Positions 30,368-40,889 of a stretch of DNA of 64,000 bases are shown one piece after another. Each line of letters begins with the position of its first letter. Within the stretch, counting starts at the first letter, position 1. The notes under the pieces are model-generated. The model searched no databases. It was not told where the DNA came from and saw nothing but the letters and a program-made list of their open reading frames with translations. The position numbers and the translations under genes were made by a program. The DNA comes from Bacilli bacterium (lineage in GTDB: Bacteria > Bacillota_I > Bacilli_A > RF39 > UBA660): contig JAFUTO010000015.1 in NCBI GenBank assembly GCA_017484205.1, forward strand, positions 1,836 through 65,835, given 5' to 3'.

Positions 30368-31081
30368 ATGAAAATATTATTAATTATTCCTGCTTATAAT
30401 GAGGAACAAAACATATTGAAAACATATAATTCAATAATTAATTATAATAAGAAAAATAAGGCTAATTATGATGTTGTAGTAATCAATGATGGATCGACAG
30501 ATAGAACAGAAGAAATACTTATTGAAAATAAGATTAATCATATTAAACTTATAAATAATCTAGGCATAGGTGGGGCTGTGCAAACAGGGTATAAATATGC
30601 TTATAAAAATAATTATGATATAGCTGTCCAATTTGATGGTGATGGCCAACACAATGTTGAGTATGTTAAAAAAATAGTAAATCCAATTATAGAAGGAAAA
30701 GTGAATTTTGTTATTGGATCTAGATTTATTGAAAAAGATAAAAATAATTTTAATTCAACACTTGCAAGAAGAATAGGTATAAATATAATTTCATTTTTTA
30801 TAAGATTAGTATCAAAGAAAAAAATATATGATACAACTTCAGGATTTAGGGCTTGTGATAGAAAAATAATAGAAGAATTCCAACAAGATTATCCTTTAGA
30901 ATATCCGGAACCAATAACTACGGTAGAAGTAATAAAAAAAGGATATGAAGTTTCTGAAGTATCAGTTAAAATGAATGAAAGAGTTGGTGGTAAATCATCA
31001 ATCCATTCATGGAAAAACTTATATTATATGATAAATGTTATCGTATCTATTATAATTGTTGGAAACAGGAGGTATAAATAA
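30368..31081 (+). CDS. glycosyltransferase family 2 (soluble GtrB-like catalytic domain)
   Basis: LLIIPAYNEE, DDGSTD, FDGDGQH motifs. GGTGATGGG RBS before the ATG at 30368. Confidence 0.7.
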   Translation: MKILLIIPAYNEEQNILKTYNSIINYNKKNKANYDVVVINDGSTDRTEEILIENKINHIKLINNLGIGGAVQTGYKYAYKNNYDIAVQFDGDGQHNVEYVKKIVNPIIEGKVNFVIGSRFIEKDKNNFNSTLARRIGINIISFFIRLVSKKKIYDTTSGFRACDRKIIEEFQQDYPLEYPEPITTVEVIKKGYEVSEVSVKMNERVGGKSSIHSWKNLYYMINVIVSIIIVGNRRYK

Positions 31082-31413
31082 TGTCAATTAATTTAAGATT
31101 AGGGTTAGTAGCAGTTTCTCTTATTCTTCTAGTTATTACTCTTTTGATATTAAAAAAAGGTAACATGCCAGTAAAATATTCATTAGTATGGATTTTCTCT
31201 AGTTTGTTAATATTGTTAATTGCACTTATACCTAATGTATTTTCATGGCTTTCCACAATACTTGGTTTTATGACTATGTCTAATATGGTTATTGGAATAT
31301 TTATATTTATTCTTTTAATGATTACTATAGTATTAACAGTAATTGTGTCAGGTCAAAGAAAAAAGATAACTTTACTTATTCAAGAAGTTTCAATTTTAAA
31401 GAAAAGAGATTAG
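31081..31413 (+). CDS. small 3-TM membrane protein (DUF2304-like GT2 partner)
   Basis: GGAGG RBS. Overlaps the GT2 stop. 110 aa. Confidence 0.5.
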   Translation: MSINLRLGLVAVSLILLVITLLILKKGNMPVKYSLVWIFSSLLILLIALIPNVFSWLSTILGFMTMSNMVIGIFIFILLMITIVLTVIVSGQRKKITLLIQEVSILKKRD

Positions 31414-31420
31414 TAATTTT

Positions 31421-32551
31421 ATGAAAACAGTAGCGATATTCAGTGGTTATTTTTTACCTCATTTAGGAGGTATAGAAAAGTATACAGATAATTTAGCAAA
31501 AGAATTAAGTAAAAATGGATATAGGATAATTAATGTAAGTTCTAATTATCAATTTAAAAAACAATATAAAATAGAAAAAGATAATATTCTGTATTTACTT
31601 CTTCCAGTGAAAAAAATATTTATAGGGCGTTATCCAATACCCAAAAAGAATAGGGAATATAAGGAAATAATCAAATGCTTAGATAACGAAACAATAGATG
31701 CGATTATTGTTAATACTAGGTTTCATTTAACTTCATTTATAGGTGCAAGATATGGGAAAAAACATAATATACCAGTATTTTTGATTGACCATAGTTCTTC
31801 ATATATTACATTAAATAGTAAATTTATTGACTTTTTTGCTAATATTTATGAAAGATTTTTAACTAGAAAGATTAAGAAAATGGTTAATGGATTTTATGGT
31901 GTATCTGCTAGAAGTAATCAATGGTTGAAAGAACTAAATATTCAAGCTAATGGTGTTTTTTATAACGCTATAGATGAAAGCATATATGAAAAAAATAAAA
32001 AGTACATTAAGAAAAGTGATAAAATTGTAATAACATATGCTGGAAGGATTTTAGTTGAAAAAGGTGTTGTTAATTTATTAGAAGCTTTCTTAAAAATAAA
32101 AAATAATAAAAAGTGTATTTTAAATATAGCAGGAGATGGCCCGATTTTAGAAAATTTAAAAGAAAAATATCAATATAAAAATATTCAATTCTTAGGTAAA
32201 TTAGATCATGAAAATGTTATTAAGTTATGTGCTAAGACAGATATATTTGTTTATCCTTCAATGTATCCAGAAGGTCTTCCAACATCTATATTAGAGGCGG
32301 GGATTATGAAATGCGCTATTCTTGCTACTGATAGAGGTGGAACGAAGGAAGTAATTAATGATGAAAAATATGGAATTATAATTGAAGAAAATGTGGAAGA
32401 TTTAGTAAAGCAACTTGACTATTTAATTGACCATCCATCTATAATGGATGCAATGAAAGAAAATATCAATGCTAGAATAATGAATAATTTTGTATGGAGT
32501 GAAACTGCCAAAACAGTTATAAAAGAAATAAAAAAATATAAAGATAATTAA
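31421..32551 (+). CDS. glycosyltransferase family 4 (GT-B)
   Basis: E-X7-E region (PEGLPTSILEAGIMKCAILATDRGGTKEVI). Confidence 0.75.
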   Translation: MKTVAIFSGYFLPHLGGIEKYTDNLAKELSKNGYRIINVSSNYQFKKQYKIEKDNILYLLLPVKKIFIGRYPIPKKNREYKEIIKCLDNETIDAIIVNTRFHLTSFIGARYGKKHNIPVFLIDHSSSYITLNSKFIDFFANIYERFLTRKIKKMVNGFYGVSARSNQWLKELNIQANGVFYNAIDESIYEKNKKYIKKSDKIVITYAGRILVEKGVVNLLEAFLKIKNNKKCILNIAGDGPILENLKEKYQYKNIQFLGKLDHENVIKLCAKTDIFVYPSMYPEGLPTSILEAGIMKCAILATDRGGTKEVINDEKYGIIIEENVEDLVKQLDYLIDHPSIMDAMKENINARIMNNFVWSETAKTVIKEIKKYKDN

Positions 32552-32575
32552 TATGTAGAGAGGAAAATTTCAAAT

Positions 32576-34948
32576 ATGAAGGATCAAGATGTTAAGACAA
32601 ATGGTAAAGTAGCTAAAAGTATTATATATAACACAATAGGCGCTGGAATCTTTTTGTTTTGCCAGTGGTTGATGACTTTTGTAGTTGTATGGATTTCTGG
32701 TTATGGTATTGCGGGTATTTTATCACTTGCAATGTCAATTTCAAATACTTTTAATGTTATTGCTACTTTCAATATGAGAAATTTCCAATCCTCAGATATA
32801 ACGGGAGAATATAGTGAAAAAACATATTTATATACAAGAATATTTACTTGTATAATTGCTCTTATTTTGACTATAATATATTCTTTAACTAAAGATATTT
32901 CTATTTATGAATTATTATGTATAGTTTTTTATATGATATATAAAATAAGTGAGTCTTTCGTTGATATGATTCAAGGCTCAATTCAAAAAAAATGGAGATT
33001 TGATGTAATTGGTATATCATTTATTGTAAGAGGATTATTAACTATTGGTATTTTTTCTATTGGGTTATTAATTACTAAGGATTTATTATTTACAATTATT
33101 ATAATGGCAGCAGCTATGTATATATTTATATTTTTATACGATATTAGAAAATATAAAAGTATTGTTAATTTAGATGGTAAATTCTATATAAAGAAAATGT
33201 TTGCATTATTAATAAATTGTTTACCACTTGTTATTTATGGATTATGCATTAATTATATTGCGATGATTCCAAAAGTTTATGTTGAAACTAATTTGGGCAA
33301 TGAATTATTAGGATATTATTCTTCTGTCGCAACACCAGCTTTAATGATCCAGGTTGCATCATCATTTATATTTACACCTTTATTACCATTACTTACAGAA
33401 TATTATAATAATAGAGATTATAAAAAATTTAGTACCTCTGTTTTTAAAGTGTTAGGTTATATTTTTGTGTTTGGAATAATGGTATATATATTAGGGTATT
33501 TCTTTGGTGATTTTGGTTTAAAATTAATATATGGTGAAGGAATATTGAACTATTCTTATTTATTTACTAATGTTATTATAGTATCAACATTGACTGCTTT
33601 AGTTTGGTTTTTAAATATGTTATTAACAATAATGCGAAAATATTTTTCAATTATATTGGGTGGTGTAGTTGCTCTTATTGTTGCTATTATAATTACCCCT
33701 AATTTTATTAATACATATAGTTTAAGTGGTATTAACTATATTTTGATAATCACTTATTTAATAATTACTTTTATTTATTTATTAGGAATATTTATAGGTA
33801 TTCGTAAAATGAAAAGAACAGAATACGATGTTGTTTATATTCGAAGTACATCTATAATAAATGATTCTAGAGCTTCAAAAGAAATAACAACATTATGTAA
33901 TGAAGGTTATAAAGTTTTAGTTTTAGGATGGGATAGAGACTCTAGAATAACAGATTATAATAATGTTAGTATAAATGGTAACAATATAAATTGTGATTTC
34001 TTCAAGTACAAAACTCCTTATGGTGGATCAATTAAAACTATATTTGGTTTATTGTTTTTTCAAATTTGGTTATTAAAAAAATTAAATCAATATAATTTTA
34101 AAATAATTCATGCATGTGATTTTGATTGTGGATATGTTTCTTACTTATATGCAAAATCTTCTAAAGCTAAATTAGTTTATGATATGTATGATTATTATTC
34201 GGATTCAAGAGAAATGCCTAAGATGATGAGTGACTGTGTAATGAAAGCAGAAAATAGGGTAATTAATTTTGCAGATGTATCTATTATATGTGGAGAGTGG
34301 AGAGAAAAACAAATTTCTTTAACAAAACCAAAAGAACTTGTAGTTATTCATAACTCACCTAGCATTGATAATGTTAGAAAAAATAAATTATTAAAATCAA
34401 ATTCTAAAAAGAAAAAAATTGTATATGTTGGAATATTACAAGAAAATAGACTTATATTAGAAATTGTAAAAGAATTAGCAAATAATAAAAACTATGAACT
34501 TCATATTGGGGGATTTGGACCTTTAGAGGCTGAAATAAATAAGATAGCAGAAAATAGTAATAATATATATTATTATGGTTCTATGAATTATGAGGATGTT
34601 TTGGCATTAGAAAAAGATTGTGATTATTTATTTGCTATATATAATCCAATTATCAGAAACCATAAATATTCAGCCCCAAATAAAGTGTATGAAGCTATGG
34701 CCTTAGGAAAACCAATTGTTGTATGTAAAGATACTGGTATTGATGATTTTGTAGTGAAAAATAAAATTGGTTTTGCTGTTAAATATGATGCTAAAGATTT
34801 TGTTGCAAAATTAGATGAAATTAATTCAAATACGAAAATTCAAAAGCAAATTCATGATAATGGTATAAAATTATATAAGCAAAAATATAGTTGGAATATA
34901 ATGGAACAAAAGTTAAGCAAATTATATGATAAATTATTACAAAAATAG
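32576..34948 (+). CDS. fusion protein: Wzx-like MOP-family flippase (N-terminal, ~410 aa) fused to a GT4 glycosyltransferase (C-terminal, ~380 aa)
   Basis: A continuous 790-aa ORF. About 12-14 TM helices, then a soluble GT-B domain (GFGPLE, KVYEAMALGKPIVV). Confidence 0.6.
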   Translation: MKDQDVKTNGKVAKSIIYNTIGAGIFLFCQWLMTFVVVWISGYGIAGILSLAMSISNTFNVIATFNMRNFQSSDITGEYSEKTYLYTRIFTCIIALILTIIYSLTKDISIYELLCIVFYMIYKISESFVDMIQGSIQKKWRFDVIGISFIVRGLLTIGIFSIGLLITKDLLFTIIIMAAAMYIFIFLYDIRKYKSIVNLDGKFYIKKMFALLINCLPLVIYGLCINYIAMIPKVYVETNLGNELLGYYSSVATPALMIQVASSFIFTPLLPLLTEYYNNRDYKKFSTSVFKVLGYIFVFGIMVYILGYFFGDFGLKLIYGEGILNYSYLFTNVIIVSTLTALVWFLNMLLTIMRKYFSIILGGVVALIVAIIITPNFINTYSLSGINYILIITYLIITFIYLLGIFIGIRKMKRTEYDVVYIRSTSIINDSRASKEITTLCNEGYKVLVLGWDRDSRITDYNNVSINGNNINCDFFKYKTPYGGSIKTIFGLLFFQIWLLKKLNQYNFKIIHACDFDCGYVSYLYAKSSKAKLVYDMYDYYSDSREMPKMMSDCVMKAENRVINFADVSIICGEWREKQISLTKPKELVVIHNSPSIDNVRKNKLLKSNSKKKKIVYVGILQENRLILEIVKELANNKNYELHIGGFGPLEAEINKIAENSNNIYYYGSMNYEDVLALEKDCDYLFAIYNPIIRNHKYSAPNKVYEAMALGKPIVVCKDTGIDDFVVKNKIGFAVKYDAKDFVAKLDEINSNTKIQKQIHDNGIKLYKQKYSWNIMEQKLSKLYDKLLQK

Positions 34949-34959
34949 GAGATGATATA

Positions 34960-36072
34960 ATGAAAAAGATAAAGGTAATGACTGTGTTTGGAACAAGACC
35001 GGAAGCTATAAAAATGGCACCACTTGTAAAAGAATTAGAAAGAAGAAAGGAAATAGAGTCAATTGTATGCGTGACTGCTCAACATAGGGAAATGCTAGAT
35101 CAAGTTTTAGAAACATTTGCTATAAAACCAGATTATGATTTGAATATAATGAAACCTGGTCAAACATTGAGTGAAATTACATGTAATGCACTATTAGGTT
35201 TGGAAAAAGTAATAAATGAAGTTAAACCAGATATAGTTTTAGTACATGGTGATACAACAACGACATTTGCAGGAGCTTTAGCAGCATTTTATTCCCAAGT
35301 TTCAATTGGTCATGTTGAAGCTGGACTTAGAACATGGAATAAATATTCACCATTTCCAGAAGAAATGAATAGACAAATGGTTGATAGAATGACTGATATG
35401 TTTTTCGCACCTACGGAACTTAGTAAAAAGAACTTACTTGATGAAGGTGTAGAAGAAAATAAAATATATGTTACTGGTAATACTGCGATAGATGCTATGA
35501 GTACAACTGTAGATGAAAATTATTCTAATGAGATATTTGATTGGGTAGGAAATAATAGAATGATTTTATTAACCGCACACAGAAGAGAAAATTTAGGTGA
35601 TCCTATGTATAACATCTTTAGAGCTGTAAGAAGAATTGTTGAAGAGTTTGATGATGTTAAAGTAGTATATCCGATTCATTTAAATCCAAAAGTTAGACAA
35701 ATAGCTAATGAAGTATTAGATGGATGTGATAAGGTAAAATTAATTGAACCATTAGAAGTATTTGATTTTCACAATTTTCAAAATAAATCATATATAATTT
35801 TATCTGATAGTGGCGGAATTCAAGAAGAAGCTCCATCATTAGGTAAACCAGTATTAGTTTTAAGAGATACAACAGAAAGACCTGAGGGCATAGATGCAGG
35901 TACATTAAAACTAGCTGGTACTGATGAAGAAAATATATATAGATTAACAAAGGAACTTTTAGTAAATCAAAGTGAATATGAGAAAATGAGTAAGGCCTCT
36001 AATCCATATGGCGATGGTCATGCTAGTGAATATATTGTAAATGCTATTATAGAAAAGTTTAAAAATAATTAG
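34960..36072 (+). CDS. mnaA: UDP-N-acetylglucosamine 2-epimerase (non-hydrolysing)
   Basis: MKKIKVMTVFGTRPEAIKMAPL... HVEAGLRT... Classic WecB/MnaA. Confidence 0.85.
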   Translation: MKKIKVMTVFGTRPEAIKMAPLVKELERRKEIESIVCVTAQHREMLDQVLETFAIKPDYDLNIMKPGQTLSEITCNALLGLEKVINEVKPDIVLVHGDTTTTFAGALAAFYSQVSIGHVEAGLRTWNKYSPFPEEMNRQMVDRMTDMFFAPTELSKKNLLDEGVEENKIYVTGNTAIDAMSTTVDENYSNEIFDWVGNNRMILLTAHRRENLGDPMYNIFRAVRRIVEEFDDVKVVYPIHLNPKVRQIANEVLDGCDKVKLIEPLEVFDFHNFQNKSYIILSDSGGIQEEAPSLGKPVLVLRDTTERPEGIDAGTLKLAGTDEENIYRLTKELLVNQSEYEKMSKASNPYGDGHASEYIVNAIIEKFKNN

Positions 36073-36076
36073 TACT

Positions 36077-36105
36077 AAAGACTTTTAATAAAGTCTTTTT
36101 TTTAG
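36077..36105 (+). terminator. rho-independent terminator
   Basis: Stem aaagactt/aagtcttt followed by a T8 run. Confidence 0.55.
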
Positions 36106-36142
36106 TATAATTTATATAAGATATCAAAGGAATGAATTAATT

Positions 36143-36595
36143 ATGAGAAAAAGGTTTTTAGATATTTATAAAAAGTATGAAGAGATAATAGTATATTTAA
36201 TAATGGGTGTATTTACTACTTTAGTAAATTTAGTATCAAAATATGCATTATTATTTACTATACTTGATGCAACTAATGGTTTCCAACTACAAGTTGCTGT
36301 GATCATATCTTGGATAATCGCAGTCATATTTGCTTATTTTACTAATAAAAAGTGGGTATTTAAAAGTAAAAATACTGATATATTAAAGGAATTTACTAGT
36401 TTTGTAATAGCTAGAATATCAACATTACTTATGGAAATGTTTATTATGTGGTTCTTTGTTACATTATTAAAACTTGATAGTGATTTATGGGTTATCATAT
36501 GGACTATTATATCCCAAGTAATTGTTATAGTAGTTAATTATATACTTAGTAAACTATTTATATTTAGGGATGGGAAAAATGAAAAAAGTAAGTAA
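36143..36595 (+). CDS. GtrA family protein
   Basis: 150-aa 4-TM protein with GtrA-like topology and a conserved N-terminal region. Confidence 0.65.
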   Translation: MRKRFLDIYKKYEEIIVYLIMGVFTTLVNLVSKYALLFTILDATNGFQLQVAVIISWIIAVIFAYFTNKKWVFKSKNTDILKEFTSFVIARISTLLMEMFIMWFFVTLLKLDSDLWVIIWTIISQVIVIVVNYILSKLFIFRDGKNEKSK

Positions 36596-37976
36596 AGAGT
36601 ATGTTATTTTATTTGTTATAGTATTAGTATTTAGTTTGTATAAAATTATAAATATAAGTTTTAGTTATGATACTGATATATTTATATTAAATCATAAAAT
36701 TATGATGAATAGTTGGATAGGTATATCTAGATTTGGATTAGTATTTTTAAAATATATATTCCATTTATATGGTGATATAAATATTAGAACATTAAATATA
36801 TTAACTTATATAAATATATTTATATATAGTTCATTGTTTTTAAAATTCATGAAAGCAGATAGAAAAGATAATAATCTATTGAGAAATATATTATCTATAG
36901 TACTGATAATAACTTCTCCAATTTTATTAGAACAATATAATTTTACATTACAATCAGTGGAAGTTTCTTTTGCTATGATATTAATGGTTATAAGCTTTAT
37001 TACTACATATAAGTATTTGAAAGATGATATGATCGTTTATGGTATTATAACAATACCACTACTAGTAATATGTTTTGGTACATATCAATCATTTGTTAAT
37101 TTATATATTGTAGGTGCACTTATATCATTATATAAATTATCTAATAAAGATAATAAAAAGAACATAATAAAATGTATTGTTATGTTTATAGTTAGTTTTA
37201 TTTTATATTATGTGATAAGTAAATTATGTATTAATATAATGAATATTGATAGTAGTAATTATATTGCAGATAAAATAGGATGGTTTTTTAATATAAAAGT
37301 TACTCTATATGGCATTATTAAAGATATAATTAAAGTATTAGTAGGTTATGGACATGTATTAAATTTAGGATATATATTATGTCTATTTATAGCTATATTA
37401 TATTTGATTAAAGAAGGAAAAATAAACTATAAAAGTGGATATTTAATACTTCTTATTATAAGTCCATTTTTTCTAAATGTTATTACAGGATCTAGAATGG
37501 TTTTGAGAAGTATGTTTGTGATACCATTCTTATATAGTTTTATTTTCTTTGAATTTTATGATATTAATAAATATATAAAATATTTATTGATAATATTAGT
37601 ATCATCTCAAATAATAAATTGTTATTTACTATTGATAAGTGATTATCAAAGATATAAAAATGATATTGAAATTGGTTATAAAATATATAAAGATTGTGGA
37701 AATAATCAAGATAATTATATATATTTATATGGCATAGAAAAGACAGAAGAAAATATTGATGTAGTTAAAGGTGAGGTAATGGGTTATTCTTATTATGAAT
37801 GGGATAATGGTTTGAATACTGTAGCGTATGATAGAGTATATCTTTTTCTACAAATTCACAATATTAACTATAAAATTGATGATGATTTTATTGATTTAGA
37901 TTTTACCGAAGAATATCCAAATGAAGGGTATATAATTAAAGTAGATAATAAATGTTATGTTAATTTAGGAGATTAA
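36570..37976 (+). CDS. polytopic membrane protein, putative serotype-specific glycosyltransferase (GtrII-like position)
   Basis: Overlaps the gtrA 3' end. At least 10 TM helices. Confidence 0.4.
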   Translation: MGKMKKVSKEYVILFVIVLVFSLYKIINISFSYDTDIFILNHKIMMNSWIGISRFGLVFLKYIFHLYGDINIRTLNILTYINIFIYSSLFLKFMKADRKDNNLLRNILSIVLIITSPILLEQYNFTLQSVEVSFAMILMVISFITTYKYLKDDMIVYGIITIPLLVICFGTYQSFVNLYIVGALISLYKLSNKDNKKNIIKCIVMFIVSFILYYVISKLCINIMNIDSSNYIADKIGWFFNIKVTLYGIIKDIIKVLVGYGHVLNLGYILCLFIAILYLIKEGKINYKSGYLILLIISPFFLNVITGSRMVLRSMFVIPFLYSFIFFEFYDINKYIKYLLIILVSSQIINCYLLLISDYQRYKNDIEIGYKIYKDCGNNQDNYIYLYGIEKTEENIDVVKGEVMGYSYYEWDNGLNTVAYDRVYLFLQIHNINYKIDDDFIDLDFTEEYPNEGYIIKVDNKCYVNLGD

Positions 37977-38039
37977 TTGACTTATATAAATATTTATGAT
38001 AAATTATATTTATAAATCAGTGATATAGGACATAATTAT

Positions 38040-38205
38040 TAAATACTTATATATAGAAAGTTAGTGGTTGATGGAAACTAATTATAAGTTTAATAATTCC
38101 TACCTATTAGAGGAGCTAATCACTCCCGGTAAAAGCCGTTATGCAATTAAGTGAAACAAAGGATGGTACAGTCTTAGGACTCCTTGGAACCATCTTTTTT
38201 TGTTT
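38040..38205 (+). ncRNA. putative T-box riboswitch leader for proS
   Basis: Possible Pro specifier CCU in aattCCTAcc. T-box-like AAAGGAUGGUACAG sequence forms the 5' strand of the terminator helix gatggt...accatc, followed by a T7 run at 38194-38200. Confidence 0.45.
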
Positions 38206-38220
38206 AAAAGGAGGATTATT

Positions 38221-39639
38221 ATGCAAAATAAAGCAATTACAAGTAGAGATGTTGATTTTGGTAAATGGTATACTGATGTTGTAAGAGCAGCTAAACTAGC
38301 TAATTATTCAAATGTTAAAGGATGTATTACAATAGAACCTAATGGATATGCGATTTGGGAACGTATTCAAAGTGTTTTAGATGCTAAATTTAAAGAATTA
38401 GGTCACAAAAATGTATATATGCCAGTATTAATTCCAGAAAATTTAATGAAAAAAGAAGGTGAATTAATAAATGGTTTTGCACCTGAAGTAGCATGGGTTA
38501 CACAAGGTGGAGAAAAAGAATTAGAAGAACGTATGTGCATCAGACCTACAAGTGAAACATTATTTAGTGATTATTATAGCAGTGTTGTTAGATCATATAA
38601 GGATCTACCTATGAAATATAATCAATGGTGTAATGTAATGAGATGGGAAAAGGAAACTAGACCATTTTTAAGAAGTAGAGAATTTTTATGGCAAGAAGGT
38701 CATACAATTCATGCAACTGAAGCAGAAGCTATAGAGGAAGTAAATCAAATGCTAGAAGTATATAAATGGTTCTTTGAAGAATATTTGGCTATACCAGTTA
38801 TTACGGGTAAGAAAACAGATAAAGAGAAATTTGCTGGTGCTGAATATACTTTAACAGTAGAAGCATTAATGTATAATGGTGTATGTTTGCAATCAGGAAC
38901 TTCACATTATTTTGGTCAAAAATTTTCTAAAGCATATGATATAACATTCGCGAATAAAGATAATAAATTAGAACATGTATATCAAACAAGTTGGGGCGTT
39001 AGTACAAGAATGATTGGTGGATTAATTATGGTTCATAGTGATGATGCTGGATTAGTATTACCACCTAAAATAGCACCTACACAAGTTGTAATTATTCCAA
39101 TAGGTAATAGTTCAAAAGTTAATTATTTAGTAGAAAAATATTCAGAAGAATTAAAGGGTAAATATTCTATTACAATTGATGATTCTGATAAATCTCCAGG
39201 ATTTAAGTTTGCTGAAGCTGAGGTAAATGGTATACCAGTTCGTATTGAAATAGGGGAAAGAGATTTAGAAAATGATCATATTACATTAGTTAGAAGAGAT
39301 ACTAGAGAAAGAATAACAGTATCTAAAAATTGTGATATAGTAGCTGAAGTAACTAATTTACTAAATACTATCCAAAAAGATATGTATAATAGAGCTTTAG
39401 CAAGAAATAATGCATATACTTTTGAAGCACATAATTTAGATGAAGTTAAAAAAATTATGGATGTTCATCCAGGATTTATTAAAGGTATGTGGTGTGGTTC
39501 TAGAGAATGTGAAGATAAGATGAAAGAAATAAAAGGTCTTAAATCTAGATGTATTGTTAATGATGGTAAAATTGATGATAAATGTATTGTGTGTGGTCGT
39601 GATGCTAAAGACTTAGTATATTGGGGTATACAATATTGA
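38221..39639 (+). CDS. proS: prolyl-tRNA synthetase, archaeal/eukaryote-like type
   Basis: AAGGAGGA RBS. Class II aaRS motifs and a C-terminal zinc-binding Cys cluster. 472 aa, with no bacterial-type editing insertion. Confidence 0.85.
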   Translation: MQNKAITSRDVDFGKWYTDVVRAAKLANYSNVKGCITIEPNGYAIWERIQSVLDAKFKELGHKNVYMPVLIPENLMKKEGELINGFAPEVAWVTQGGEKELEERMCIRPTSETLFSDYYSSVVRSYKDLPMKYNQWCNVMRWEKETRPFLRSREFLWQEGHTIHATEAEAIEEVNQMLEVYKWFFEEYLAIPVITGKKTDKEKFAGAEYTLTVEALMYNGVCLQSGTSHYFGQKFSKAYDITFANKDNKLEHVYQTSWGVSTRMIGGLIMVHSDDAGLVLPPKIAPTQVVIIPIGNSSKVNYLVEKYSEELKGKYSITIDDSDKSPGFKFAEAEVNGIPVRIEIGERDLENDHITLVRRDTRERITVSKNCDIVAEVTNLLNTIQKDMYNRALARNNAYTFEAHNLDEVKKIMDVHPGFIKGMWCGSRECEDKMKEIKGLKSRCIVNDGKIDDKCIVCGRDAKDLVYWGIQY

Positions 39640-39748
39640 CGTTATAAAAGTGTTATGTTAAACTTGATTTGTGGTGAATAAATTCATCATGTACGTGGAA
39701 TAGCATAGAGAAAGGGCAACCTGAGGAATTTATAAGTCTATTCAATTA

Positions 39749-39776
39749 AGGGAAGTATTTGATACTTCCTTTTTTT
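39749..39776 (+). terminator. rho-independent terminator
   Basis: Stem ggaagtat/atacttcc followed by a T7 run. Confidence 0.6.
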
Positions 39777-39823
39777 AATAATAGTCTTTTTATTTTTATT
39801 AAAATATTATATAATATTGTTGT

Positions 39824-39863
39824 GTCCTCGTAGCTCAGTAGGATAGAGCGATCGCCTCCTAAG
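39824..39863 (+). pseudogene. 5' half of a split tRNA-Arg(CCU) gene, ending in the anticodon loop (attL side)
   Basis: gtcctcg acceptor 5' strand, D-arm gctc/gagc, anticodon stem atcgc, loop ctcctaa. No T-arm follows. Its partners are at 47551-47596. Confidence 0.7.
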
Positions 39864-39918
39864 TAAGTGGCTATGAGGAAAACATAAAAATAATTCCTTG
39901 CAAAGCAAGGAAATACCT

Positions 39919-39995
39919 GTCCTTGTAACTCAGTTGGATAGAGTATCCCTCTCCTAAAGGGAAAGTCGGAGGTTCAAATCCTCTCAAGGACACCA
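39919..39995 (+). tRNA. tRNA-Arg(CCU), intact, encoded inside the islet
   Basis: Complete cloverleaf: acceptor gtccttg/caaggac, D-arm actc/gagt, anticodon arm tccct-ctCCTaa-aggga, T-arm ggagg-ttcaaat-cctct, encoded CCA. Confidence 0.8.
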
Positions 39996-40263
39996 TTTTT
40001 GATTATAAAAGTCTTGAAATTAAGGGGTTTCAAGACTTTTTTACATATTTAAAAAAGTGTTATAAACTATCACAACTTGATACAAGGTACCTTCTAGTTT
40101 GGCACTTTTAATGGCACTCGTTGAATATTCAATAATTATCTATCAAAGTATTATAAATAAAGGGCAAAATACTTATGAGTGTTTTAAAAGTTGTTTGAAA
40201 TGGCACTTTTTTACTAAAAAAAGATAAAAATGTATTAAAATTATTAATAGTAAAGGTGGAAAA

Positions 40264-40494
40264 ATGAAAGATAAGCAATTTAAAGATTTAAGATTTAACA
40301 TAACTCAAGATATGAATAATATGATTATTGAAATAATAGTTATAAGACAATTATTAAAAGAAAATAAGGTTAGTAAGAAAGATAGAAAACTTGTTGAAAA
40401 AGAGTTGAAAGAATTAACCGATTTATTTGTATTAGAGTTTAGAAAAAATAATGTTGAAGAAAGAAAATTGTATAATGATTTAATGAATAAGTAA
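40264..40494 (+). CDS. hypothetical protein (76 aa)
   Basis: AAAGGTGGA RBS. Followed by a bidirectional terminator. Confidence 0.4.
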   Translation: MKDKQFKDLRFNITQDMNNMIIEIIVIRQLLKENKVSKKDRKLVEKELKELTDLFVLEFRKNNVEERKLYNDLMNK

Positions 40495-40501
40495 AAAAAA
40501 T

Positions 40502-40537
40502 AAGAGAGATAAGCAATTTAAAACTTATCTCTCTTTT
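40502..40537. terminator. bidirectional rho-independent terminator between convergent genes
   Basis: 12-bp stem aagagagataag/cttatctctctt, flanked by an A8 run and a T-run. Confidence 0.55.
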
Positions 40538-40889
40538 ACTTACAATGATTATGATTTTTGTATGTTTCTATTGGTCGCCCATATTGATTAGATACATCTA
40601 AACAAAAAGGACAACGATATATAAAACCATCTCTTATTAAAGTGTCTTTAATTTTACCATATACAAAAGTATCTTTAAACATATCAATATATTTTTTCTT
40701 TTCTTTAAAGTTCTCGTATTCTTGTTTATAGGTATCAATTCTTTTTTGCTTTTCTCTTTTTTCATCAAGTTTTTTTAGGTAGTCATCAATTTTCTTTTCA
40801 AGTGTTATTTGTAAGTATTCATCATCAAGACCTAGTGTAATTGTTCTATCAGTTAAACCTAACATATTTAATATATCTTTATCTTTCAT
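40536..40889 (-). CDS. hypothetical protein with C-terminal Cys/His zinc-finger-like motif
   Basis: CPFC...H.HC at the C-terminus. Overlaps the upstream HTH gene. Confidence 0.45.
   Translation of the reverse strand: MKDKDILNMLGLTDRTITLGLDDEYLQITLEKKIDDYLKKLDEKREKQKRIDTYKQEYENFKEKKKYIDMFKDTFVYGKIKDTLIRDGFIYRCPFCLDVSNQYGRPIETYKNHNHCK

Noticed and set aside
39824-39905. Reading 39824-39900 as a complete second tRNA
   Set aside because: After the anticodon loop the sequence (gtaagtggctatgagg...) cannot form the anticodon-stem 3' strand or a T-arm. The matching 3' half lies at 47551-47596.
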